DNA of 64,000 nt, from contig FLMG01002637.1 in assembly GCA_900088475.1 (NCBI GenBank), forward strand, positions 1 through 64,000. The letters run 5' to 3'. Each line of letters opens with the position of its first letter. Positions within the stretch are counted from its first letter, which is position 1. Under the pieces are notes generated by a model, which searched no databases, was not told the origin of the DNA, and saw nothing but the letters and a program-made list of their open reading frames with translations. This stretch comes from Hyphochytrium catenoides. Its lineage: Eukaryota > Protista > Hyphochytriomycota. The translations under genes were made by a program, and so were the position numbers. Shown piece after piece: positions 12,054 to 23,967 of this stretch.

Positions 12054-15000
12054 TTGTCTCCTCCGTCGCCGTTATCAGAAATGGTTTGATACCAGAGGAA
12101 GTACGCTTAACAGGAGAAGGCAGATGAATGCCATGCACTACTGGGTTCAGGAATTGTAGACAGCGCCCAACAGAAGAAACAATCGTGCTAAGAGCCTTTC
12201 GGGGGAAGGTTATATGGTTTCTGTCATCTGCGAAACTTGAGGGGAGGAATGTAGAAGCTTCTCTGTGGTCCGTTGCCCCAGCTCTCTACAGCCAGAGAAG
12301 AAATGATGTGACGGGAATAACGAGTGGCCTCGGGCAGATTTGAGGAATCTTCAAAACGAATCGTAATAGGCCGGAGAGCTGCACATTGGAGGCTACTATG
12401 TACGGAGCTCACTCCTTTGCCATTATTATTGCATATGTGCCTGCTGATGGCTGTCATATGATGCTATTATTAGAATAGTATGATGACTGTCAATAAAGAT
12501 CACAGAAGAAAGAACAATACGTCTTCTGTTCCATGTTAGTAGCCACGATGTGGCAGACGAGCCGCCTGGGTACTTATAAGATAACTCCCATCATACAGGC
12601 CTGCCATCTACTTACTCCCATCGCCGAAGAGGGTACATCATTAGAAAAGTAAAGAGGTTGGAGGAGATAGACGCCAGCACCTTGCGACTTCGTCTCTCAG
12701 CTTGTCAACCTACCGAGGTGACCAACATGACAGCAACTGAAGCGAGCAGATCACCCCAGATGTCGGCCAAACGCTGCATGAAGGGAGTGTCCCATCTTCG
12801 TACCTCTTCCGTCCATTAATTGTCCTGTCGCTCTTACGTAGTAATGGAGCATCATGAAGCCTACTACTAATGACCTTTGCTTCTCCTGCTGGTCGACCGA
12901 AGTCGTTTCATTGTCTCACAAAGCTGAGGAAAGGATAGATAAACACTGGAGCTTCATGGACCAGCAGCAGGTGCCGAAGAAGAGAGCAGCTGATCATCTA
13001 CTCTCCCCATCCCATCCATATCCGGAGTAAGCACATCTCCACCGCCCTGCTGTGTGTCCAGCGCCGCTGCTGCATCCTCTTGATATCCTAGCTCTCAACT
13101 GAATCTAGGTGACATTAGAGGCGGCCCCTCCTCTTCCTTCCTGCAGTCCGTTACACAACCTCCAGGTGATGCTCTCCAGGGCACTTGGGTGTGTCTATCT
13201 CTCAGGAGGTGTGAGTATGCAAGGGCATTGATGGTTCCTCCGTTTCTGGACGATGGAACCGTTGATAATCTCTTTCTCCCTCCTCTCTGAGTCTATTGCA
13301 GGATAGTGGTGGCTTCTGGTCGTCTACTTGGCTCCGTTCTTAGATGAAACGGGTATGCAGAGAGACGTAAGCCGTGCTTGGACCACGTCTTGGAGCAGAA
13401 GTACCATCATATGATATGGCCTCGTCGTTGATTACACAGATGACGGGGTTTTCTTTCGTAAAACACTTGCAGAAAGAGAATAGGAGGTAAACATGGAGAG
13501 AAGGACTGCCAGAGGAAGGATGGAAGACACAAACGCAGGGAAGGGCAACTAGTGAGGCAGTTAGTAGTGCAGCAGGCGGCTCCGCCAAGCAGGAGCAGAA
13601 GATAGACTGCAAAAGAAAAGCGCAGCAGCTACAGGAGGGTGGTGACAGTAGGGTAGCTTGCGCATTGTAGTCTGAGGAGAGAGGGAAGAAAAACGAACGA
13701 AAGAGGAGGAGCGTCTTTATTAAGACGAACCCTCCTCATACTGAAGAAATCGTCTCTCGCCGCTCTGGTCCGTGGGTGCTTCAATCATTTTGGTGTTCCG
13801 TTGTAAGTTCCTCTGTCCCTTGTTCTTCCTCCTTCCTCCATTTCTTCGCTAGCTCCACTTTCGCATACTTCTGCGCTGTCCACCTTGTTTTTCCCGTCGT
13901 CCGCAACTCTCATCCTTCACTTCCTTCGGCTACGCCGCCATTCATATCCATTTCGTGTCCGTTATTCACAAGCAGCAGACTGGTCACAGTGCTAGCACCA
14001 CTGAAAGGAGGAGGAGAAGTCACAGCCATGTGTGTTTGGCACCAATCAGATAGAGTCCACAGAGCTCTAATAAGCTCTTTCGTAGTAAATCCAGCTCTCT
14101 GTTACTACATCGTTGTCCACAGATTGAGATCTTAGCACACATGAGGAGACTAAGGACCCTTTCATCATCTTCCTCCGGAAACTCTAAGTGTATGTACTCT
14201 AAAGTACCAATGAGGCTGCTGAACTCACTATGGGTTACCACCATTGTGAAGTGTAAAAATGCAGCAGCCGCCAAACGAGTAGGGGAAAAGCAATCCGGGA
14301 TCGTTTGGTTGACAATTATCACCTATGGCTCCTGCTGCACCAAAACGGCGTTGTTTGTACTTGTGAGCCACAAGATTGACCACATCCGACTGAGTTATAC
14401 TCCTTTGACGTATGCGACAGTGCATAGAGGTGATAAGTGAGAAGCTCCGTTCCGTCGCACAGTCCATTAAGGCCTTATGCGGATCGTTGTGATGCTTTGA
14501 CATGTTCAAGTGAGATGTAGTGTCTCGTGATGAAAGACGTGTCCTCTGCATATGTCGACGGCTATGATGAAGATCGAAGCTTCAGCCCCTTCCACCACAG
14601 TGTTCGAAGTATAGTAGACAAGATCAAGCTACTACTTTAGAAGTATAACACTCTCTCTGTCCATTAGGAGAAGGGATTATGTCATCTAGCTGCTCTTCTC
14701 AGACTATTACTATGAGTTAGAGCTCTCCCGTTAGCAAGTCAACTACCCCGTCAGATGATTGGAGAGTCTCAACCACTAGGCTTTACTACTCACTCAGCAT
14801 AGAGTGTAGTAGCCCATTCTTCCAGACATCAGTATGTCCTTTCTGATTGCAGATGTGGATCAGCGGATGTCTATAAGGTCGTGTCAGCTGTTAGAACTAC
14901 GCTCTGAGATTTTATTCTTGTCTCTCGTTGTTTCACGGCTCCATGGTGGGGGCCATTAGTATCATTTGGTAACAGCGGTCTAGAAGACCGAAGTAGAGAG

Positions 15001-17858
15001 TTATAGTGACTTCATTCAGTCAGGGCTGCCAAGGGGAGATGAGTGGTGCATAGCATAGATAGGAGATGAGACCGCAAGAGAAAGAGAAGACGCAAGTAAC
15101 TACCACTCATTGCTGAACCACAGGTCTGCGGGGTTTAAGAAGGCAGTAGTGAGACAGAGAGAGGACTCGGGCAAAAAGGAAGGCTGCCAGAGATGAAAGC
15201 TTTGGTGTGCCTACAATATATATGACGATATCCATTTAGCGAAAGAGATAAGGTAGACTGGCAGGCCAGAATGATAATAGGTAAGGTGAACGAGAAAGGC
15301 ACGTCCTGCGTCAAAAGAGCAAGGGACTCATGGAAAGTTCAGCGATAGAATATGGAAAGGACGGTGGCCTCGGTTGCAGACAGACGAGACAGAGCCTGAC
15401 AGTGAAGACGAGATGGGAGCATGAAGAGAACATCTAAGCAAAGGCGAAGGACAGAAGGTAGTAATGCTTGGCATCGAGGAAGATTAAAGGACGAACGACA
15501 GACGTAAGCGAAGGCTGAAGTATAGGAGACGAAGGTGTGAAGAAGAGCAGACTGACAAAAATGAACGACGGAGACCTTAAAGAATAATGCAAGTCAGGAA
15601 AAGTGGACGAGAGAGAAGATCAAAGCGCAGAGGAAACTGGACAAGAGAGAAGATAGACCCAGCCCCGAGGAGATTGAAAATTATTGAATTGTCGAAGGGT
15701 AGGGAAAGTTGAAAGGATGTAGAAGAACAAAGGACACTGCCCACAGTCCACTTCGTGTGCTCTATTTACCGCCAGTTGCTCGGACGGAAGTAGCAGAACT
15801 AGGGTTTAACTTCTTGTGCGGAGAGGTCTTCACAAAGACAAGTTCCTTCTTGAAGTGCTGTTGACATGTATACTCGCTATATAGTACGGTACTCTCTCTC
15901 CGCTTATCTCTTGGAGCAAGTGCGACGATCAGGAGAATGGATGATCCTCCTTATGAGGCTCCCTGGATCTGAAGCTTATCAGTGTAGCTCTTACAAAGGA
16001 GGCCACTCATAGTCTCTAATCCTATGCCCTTAATCATTCTGTCTCACACTTTATTCTCCAGGAACTTACAACTTTTCTTTTTATCTCTCTCTCTGCTCGT
16101 TGACGGTGGGCTGATCTCCTTCGCCAAAACGGATACCCAGTCAATTAAAGATCAAGCGTAGAGAAGAGTCGCAGCGAAAGCGGGCCCACTAGATGAACGA
16201 AGCGAAGACCACTTAGCTTCTGGACCCCTTGGACCAGCATCACCCTAATGAGCAAGCTGCGGATGACTATCAGCCAGTCAGGACCTATTGATGATGAGAC
16301 TTCATCATAGGAGGAGGATCTGCACAGTCGATAACCGCTCTTCTTCCTCTGAAGCAAGATATTATTGAACCTATGAGGTGGGTCGCCGCCTTGTTTTTCC
16401 TCGAACTCCTATCCGTTACAAGCCCCCTCTCTCGCTCCCTACCGTTAGCGGCTCTAACGCAGAAGCTTGCCTTTTATAAAAAATAAGCACAGCGTTGTTG
16501 GCTGTCATCAGAGAGAAGAAGTGCTGAAAGACAGGCTGTCATCCCACTCTCTCACAGGCTTCTTAGTGGCAGTGGATGATGAACGGTTATTGCAATGCTT
16601 TTCTTTCCTCTTCGCTCTTCTTCGTTCGGATGATGAGAAGATGGCCAGGTAGAGCGGCGTCCGTTGTGGCCCCTCCTGTCACCTCAGGAACTAAGGCTTT
16701 ACTAGAAGGAGACGAAAGTGTACCTTATTAGTCTTTTTAGGTTAACTGATGGTGGGCCCCAGCAACCGCTTGACCTTCACACGGCTTCCATACTTTTGGC
16801 GGTGTCTGTTGATAGGCGGAAGGGAAAGTCCCGACAGTCTGCATTTGCTTCGATTCTCCTTCAAAGTGTTCCTCCTTAACACCTTGCTCATCTCGTAAGA
16901 AAGGAAACTGAACCTTCCCACCCTTTTTTTACCCCTCACACTTCCTTTCTTTCTGTGACTTGAATCTAGGAAGCGAGGATGGTCACCGAACGAACAAGGA
17001 ACCTTAAAAGTAACCACCCGTGTCACATCCTAGTCATGTTTAATATTGGTGGACCGAGAGGGACAGTCCAGGCCATCTTCTCTCCTCCCGTGGTAGTGTC
17101 TTCTGACTGCTAGTGGTGAGCCAGTGGAAATAGCAGCGGTTGTTATTTCCACCATCTACTATCTCTTCTTCTTCCAGCAAGACCCGAAGTAGCAAAGCCT
17201 GCAGCATGCACTGGATACTTCCAAGAGAACCGTCATATTGACTACTACTAAGTGCTACAATATGCTGAAAGAATCAAACGGCTGTTACTTGCAAGCGGTA
17301 CGACCATCAAACCGAGGCTAGCTCTTGACACGGTGTTTTTGCTGCTTCATCATCAAATCATAATAGGCTCTGGCATATCCACCTTGTTAAAGCGGAATCT
17401 GCAAGGATGGGACGCAAGATGGGAGGATGATTAAACGCATACATTTCGGGGCACACTAACAGCCCTTAGTATTTAGAGGTATATTGCTCATTAATAACAC
17501 TTTTCTTAGGAAGACTTTTGCAGGGCCGACTCGCCTAACCGGGGGGTGGCATTGGCCCTCGGTACATAGCCCTAACATCTCTTCCCCATAGGGACTCTGG
17601 GAAAGAATGGTCAGTCCGGTCCGACGAAGCCTGGCCCAAGACGATCGGCTTCCTTGCTTTGGATGGTGAGGGGCAGTGTTTGTCGGAGGAGGGTGAGATA
17701 ATAAACTGCAGTTTTAACCTCTTGTCGTGTGCTTCCGTATGATGGACACGATGAGGCACAGGGAGCATCTCATTTGATGAATCCCCGGCTGACAGTCCAA
17801 TACCCTGGTGGTTGAGACATCTTCAAATAGCGAATCTCCTCACCGTTTAAATACTACC

Positions 17859-20800
17859 ATGAGTTTCCCACCTCCTTGCCTGTTGTTCCACTCGTTTCTC
17901 CTCATTGCTACCGTTGTGCAATCTTATAATGCTATGGCTACCTCCCTGGCGGATATGGATCACCATGCAACGCTGAAAGGTGCTGGAGGATCGATGGGTG
18001 CCCAACTATTCTCTAGGCTTAACCGTATGTACGATAGTGCAGTACCTGATCTAGGTCTTCTCGGAGTAGATATTATTTACGAGAGTACGCAAGGGTCTGT
18101 TGCAGGGAGAGAGAAGCTGCTTGCTGAAGGTTCTATACATTTCGCTGTGGTGGATTACCAGCTGCCTCAATCAGACTTCAAATCCTACCGAGACCTCTTC
18201 GTTGTACCGTTTGTAGCCTCTGCGTTGGTCCCGGTAATCAACATCGCAGAGCTGGAGGATGGACAAAGGATCATCCTGTCGAGAGAGTTACTGGCTGGCA
18301 TATTTATGGGCACGGTCACTCGCTGGGACGATGCGGGCATTGTCTCCTTAAACCCAACAATAGTAGATCTACCACCAGAGCCCATTAGACTCCTCCTTCC
18401 CACTGGCACCCCCAAGAGTGCAGAGATCTTTGCACAAGCCTTGAGCTCTTTCAGCCCAGAGTTTGCAGGTACCGTGGGCCTGACCCTGAAACCCCGATGG
18501 TGCAATGGCGACGCTGTGTCCACAGCCGATCCTGGACTTCCATATAATACTGTCAATTGCAGCGAGGGCAATACCACCAGCAGGCTGTACTACACGGCAA
18601 CTGGCAAGGAAGGTTTAACTGCAGCCGTAAGTCCGGCCTACGCCTTGTGTGGCGTAGCTGTATTCATGCCGTCCATCGTTTTAATCAGGTCTTAGACTTC
18701 AGTTGATGACCGCAGTTGCGCCTCCTGTCGCTTTTTTTCTCAAACAGCAGTTTCGCCAATGATACTGACTTGACCTTTTCCCGTCACCACAGTTCACGAT
18801 GCTGCCCTATTCAATCACCTTCCTCTACTACAACGAGGCCATTGAACGAGACTTTGCAAGCGCCATGCTTATCAATAAGGCAAATGCTACTATTAGTGCA
18901 TCTGTGGATACTATCACCAACTCTTTACTAATGGCTGAAGGAACTTTTGACACGCGGTACAATGCCTCTGTGCTTGACACTGTCGCCCCACGCGGTTGGC
19001 CAATTGTCTCCATAGCTTACCTCACCATTCGGGGAAGGACACATTTGGGTGACTGTCAGGAACGAAGGGCCTTGGCCGAATTCTTTCGATGGGTTTTGGT
19101 TAGCCCACAATACGTTGAGCTTGCACATAGTTTAGGATACGCGGTGCTTAGCGAGCACTCCCGCAAAAGCATTGTGGCGGATATTGCCAGCCAGGTCTCC
19201 TGTGTGTCTAACTGTGTCGGTATCCCCAAAGCCCTGTGCTCCTGCATTGGGACTGGTAGGCGTTGTCGTAAGGCTGTAACACCCTCTCAAAAGGCCGAAG
19301 TGTTCTATCTAGGCTATCCTAGCTTCGTCGAGAGTTCAGTTCATGTTGTCCTGGATGGTTACAAGGGTCATAGCTCACATTCGGTAGGTAGGTATCCTGG
19401 ATGGAGAGAAGATAAAACTTTATGGAGTGCCATTGCCTCAGACCTCTATGCTGACATCAGCATGGGTTTGGTGTCGTCAAAGCAGATGTTGGCACATTTA
19501 GCGACATCACCCGAATCCTCGTCCAGCAGTCAAGATATACTTACTAACGGCGAGGTCGCCCTAACTCCTTTTTTCGTGGGGTCTGTGGGCATCGCTTTCA
19601 ACCTCAATTCCTTACGCATGGTTACTGTCACGCCCGACGTGTTGGCAGATATCTATCTGGGAAAAATAACTCTATGGAATGACCCAAGGATCCAGCAGCT
19701 GAACTCTGATGTATCTCTACCGCCCATCAACATCTCTATCGTTATCGATGCCGGGGCCCTGGAGATATCTGAAGTTCTCATCACATATTTGCGGAATGTC
19801 AGTCAAGACTTTCACGATGCCATGGATGCCAACAGTAACCTCAACCACCTGCGTACCTTTCGATCTCATGTCATTGAAATGACGTCTGAGCTGAGCTTAC
19901 GCGGGGCAGTAGCGGCCATAGAAGGAGCGATAGGTGGGGTCTGGATAAGAGAAGAAGACGAAGAAGATATCAATGTGCTGTTACTGCAGAGCGCCAGGGG
20001 CATCAAGATGGATCCGTTTCTCTCTTCCATACGGGCCTGTTTTGACGCTTTAGGCTTGCGTGCTGTCTATCCCATCAACCGCTTTGCGTCTATCTTTGAC
20101 AACGTCGCTAGAAACGATAGGGATTGTTGGCCGCTCGTTGTGGAGTATAATCTAATGGTCAAACGGGTGTGGAACGCGGACGGTGCTTCATCGACGGCCC
20201 AGGAAGTGGCAGATTTTTTACAATGGTTTATTGGGAATGATCTGCGGGAGGCCCTTGCTGTTTTAAGCCCAGACGTAGCGAGCTTCGTAATGTCCCCCAT
20301 CGCACAGACCATCTCTCTGGGTGAGGCTTCAATTCTGTCTCCTCAGCCGCCCTGTAGCCGAGAGCATATGGTCTATACGTTGTCCGCTTGCCATGAGCAG
20401 GTAATGACTGCGCGTATCAACTGGGCAAGTGGAACTGAGAGCCGAAGCTGCCTGAATGGTCAACCGTTATACGACGACATCGAAATTAGCTGTGATCATG
20501 TTCCTCTGGGCTCATCGGTGGCGTACGGGATCATCGCGCTCGTAGTCATGTCATCCGCCGTATTGGTCCCGTTCCTAGGTTTTACCTTCCATTATCGATA
20601 TTCGAAGGCCCTTGTAGTTTCCCAAGTCAACTTCACTCTTCTGTTCATCATGGGAGCTACGTTCCTGGTCATCTCCTCACTTTCATTGATAGGACCCAAC
20701 GACGAGACGAACTGCATAGTGCGTCCTTGGACACTCAGTATCAGCTTCTCCGTGCTCTTTGCTCCCCTTTTGATGAAGCTTAAAAGGGTCTACACCCTAT

Positions 20801-21582
20801 TTGGACAAAGGACTTTGAGGCGAGCCGTGGTCTCAAACCTTCGAGTGGCGGCTGAGACCTCTGTATTTGTTCTGATAGACGTTCTTATCCTACTATCCTG
20901 GCAATTTGGCTCAAAAATAAGCTCCACAACAGCTTTTGAGACTATAGAGATCCTTGGTGATGTTCCTAGGGAAGTGTGTGACTATGGGAACAATGCTGGC
21001 ATGATCGTTATGTTGACCTACAAGTGTCTGGTCCTCGGTGTTGGAGTGTACTTGGCGATCAAGTCTTGGGAAATTGTTGCTGACTATTCTGAGGCCAAGC
21101 AGCTAGCAATTGGACTGTACAACGCCACACTAATGGGCGGCCTAACGCTGCTTTTGACCATGGTGATTGATACATCCATCACCATCAGGGTGCTCCTTCT
21201 GGCTGTTTCTTGCTGTATGGTGGCACTCATCTGCGTGATACTGGTTATGACACCAAAGCTCTTTTACTTGTACAAGAATCCAAACTCTAGAACATCTACG
21301 AAGAAGGCATCAGCAGCGGGACACCACCCTAGCTTCTCCCGTCCTCCTGCTCGAGGAAGCGTCCTTGACATAAACGCTAATGTCAGACCGCAGCCCATAC
21401 TGTCAGATCCGACATCCACTACCGGCCCTGAGACTCCTGCACTTCTTTCTGACCCAGGTACCAAAGTTCAGCCCAACAAGACGGTGGTGGAAAGCGCCTC
21501 ATCTGTTGGGGAGGTAAATGATGGAGACAAAGTCTCATGCATGACAGGTCCTCGGAGGACCCTTAGCCCTGCGGTCCCTTGA
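17859..21582 (+). CDS. PstS-like PBP x2 + Cys-rich module + class C GPCR, copy 3; exons 17859-18626 and 18793-21582 (~1185 aa)
   Basis: ATG 17859 opens a signal peptide (MSFPPPCLLFHSFLLIATVVQS). Phase-0 intron 18627-18792 (GTAAGT...CACAG) at the same protein position as in copies 1 and 2. Motifs LKGAGGS, GSVAG, FAVVD, WDDAGIVSLNP, GWPI, DIYLGKITLWNDPRIQQLN, LLMKLKRVYTLF, YSEAKQLAIGLYN. Confidence 0.9.
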
Positions 21583-23286
21583 GACGGTGTTCGTCATACT
21601 AGACGGCCTTTATACTTTGGCAGTCTGACCCTCAGTACAACACCTATCAATGTTGATCTCGCACATTACTAAGCGTCGATGGTAAACGCCAGACACAGAA
21701 GGGCTCCATATGTTCAAAGATGTAGAGAAAGAGAAGAGATACTTACAGACCGATATTCTTAAATGAGTCATTTTTCCATCTGTGCTAACCTCATCCAGGG
21801 CTAGAACGAGTCTGTTCAACCGGATACCCAGTACTTCAAGCCTTGTATTAACCACGACTGGAAAGTGGTCAATCAGCTCTTGCCCTCTCACCGTCTCGGA
21901 CAAATCAGCTCCTCTACTAATGCACTTCTGGGTTATGAATCTAACGCTGGAAAGCGTTGGTCAGGAGCGTTCCGGTCCATCGCCCTATTGTTAGCCATAA
22001 CCTGATCAGTAACCATTGCATCTAAAAGAGCGAATAGCAGCACTCGTGTGACGGTGGTGACGGAACGGAAGAGCTCTGAGGAGCTGATTGTGTCGTTGCA
22101 CTATAAGGCAACAGTCTCTGCCTTCCCCCATGTATAAGATGAGGAATGCAGAGCAGTAAGAGCCTAATGGGCCAGTTACTGGCAAAAAAAAAAAAATTCT
22201 GCCCCAGAGTAATAGTTAATCTGCTGGCCATCAAAGGACCAGATGACAGGGATTATTGGCTTGGGCCTTTACACAACATGACCTGCTGAAAAGGCGGCTC
22301 GTAGAGCTCCCCGTCCTTTCTTCTTCACTGGATGTGAAGTTGTTGCCATGATGACGGACTGTGAATATCGTATGGACCAGATATCAAGAGGCGTTATTAT
22401 TGTTCTCAGTAAATATGTTATAAGATGGATGATGCTAGTTCCTAGACAACCTAGTATGGTATAGAGCTGCTGCAGGAAAAGTTATGCCACTGCCGAGCCA
22501 CCGGCTCCTCTTCTTCCCCACTTGTGCATAGTGTCCATTGGTGGGCCGCAACCGCGGCGTGGCAGCAGCTATCTCAGTCGATGAAGGGGGAAACGGACAT
22601 AAGAGGAGGCGAGATGAACCGAACTTCAGAACCAGACCACGGCCGCCGAACGTCAGATAATGAGTCAGTCCTGATCACACATTCTCCTAATAAATAATTC
22701 GCTAGCTCTCCATGACGATCTCCTTTCATCATCGTTTTCATCTGTCCAGCAACAATGCATTGTTCTCTGTCTCTTTCTTTTACTCTATCGTGAGCTCCAG
22801 ACGCCCTTCTTCACTTGCTGCTGCTGCAATTCTTCTCTGAGCTCCCAGGCGTCACCAGGCAAAAAGAAGGTGATTACAGGGTAGGGCAGTACAGCACTCA
22901 CTCGAATACTGTCAAAACAACTACACCAATTCCTCGGTCACTACGTAACACGACGATGCGGTACATCACAGGAAGTCTCACACTACTAGGGCGGAAAATG
23001 GGCCACTGCCTGGCTGCTGAGGAAGAAAGAAGTCCGCCCGGCAGAACCAGAAGATAGATCAAACACTTAGTCAAGAACTATTAGGAGATGCTGGAGGCAG
23101 AGGGGCAAAGCAAAAGTGTGCAGCAACAGGTGTAGGACAGATGCTAGGGCAGAGAAGCAAGAAGCTAGTAGCTAGGGGAGAGAACATGGGGCCAGGGATG
23201 ATGGTTTGTGTCCTGATTAATAAAAGAAAGTCATAGAAGATGCATATCTCCTCTCTCTGACATTTTCTGCCAAGAGTAACCTCTGC

Positions 23287-23967
23287 ATGATGAACAGGAT
23301 GATGGCACGAAAGTTGACGACTCTTACTGGGGTAATGAAGGACAGCCGCGACAAAGCTACGACGCCCCCCATTCTGAGTCTTCCTACTGAGCTGCCACTT
23401 ATCAGAAGCATTTGGAAGGAGAAAGCGCAAAGCAGAAACGGTCACACGTCATATGCCACGCTACCCGGTGGTGATGAGAAGGATATGCCCCGTAATGCTA
23501 TATGGCTGGAAACAATGGAGGAAGACCGAACTATTGAGCACTATGACCGCGGCTTGTTGTGGGTGAATGACTCCGTTGTTCTCTCGCCGCCCAGTCCAGT
23601 CTTCTATAGCGTGGTACAGGTGGAATTAGTAGCGCAGTCCTTGCCAGACCTTTGCCATCCGCCACCGTTAGAAGCAGTAGTGCTGAAGGATTGGTCTCAG
23701 GGCTACGTAGGCATTCGCCCCAATAAGGGACTGGTGCTGGCAAGGAACGAGAAAAAACATGACGATACCATGCCAAGAACTGCCCTCAGCAACTTCCTCT
23801 TCTTATTGTTGCCGTTATCTCTCATTGTGCTGCTTCTTATGGTCGGCCCGTGCCTCATCAACGGTAGAGGGGAACGATGGCATGCTTTTAGGGACCATCA
23901 TCACACATGCCAGGCTCATCTATTACAAAGTCCGGATAGTGACACTTCCTTGGTCAATGCCGGGTGA
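23287..23967 (+). CDS. Hypothetical protein with one C-proximal hydrophobic helix (226 aa)
   Basis: ATG-initiated ORF of complex composition with a TM-like stretch FLFLLLPLSLIVLLLMVGPCLI. No recognisable domain. Confidence 0.35.
   Translation: MMNRMMARKLTTLTGVMKDSRDKATTPPILSLPTELPLIRSIWKEKAQSRNGHTSYATLPGGDEKDMPRNAIWLETMEEDRTIEHYDRGLLWVNDSVVLSPPSPVFYSVVQVELVAQSLPDLCHPPPLEAVVLKDWSQGYVGIRPNKGLVLARNEKKHDDTMPRTALSNFLFLLLPLSLIVLLLMVGPCLINGRGERWHAFRDHHHTCQAHLLQSPDSDTSLVNAG

Noticed and set aside
13776-17450. Short ORFs between the divergent receptor genes
   Set aside because: No coherent reading frame or domain; probably decayed sequence.
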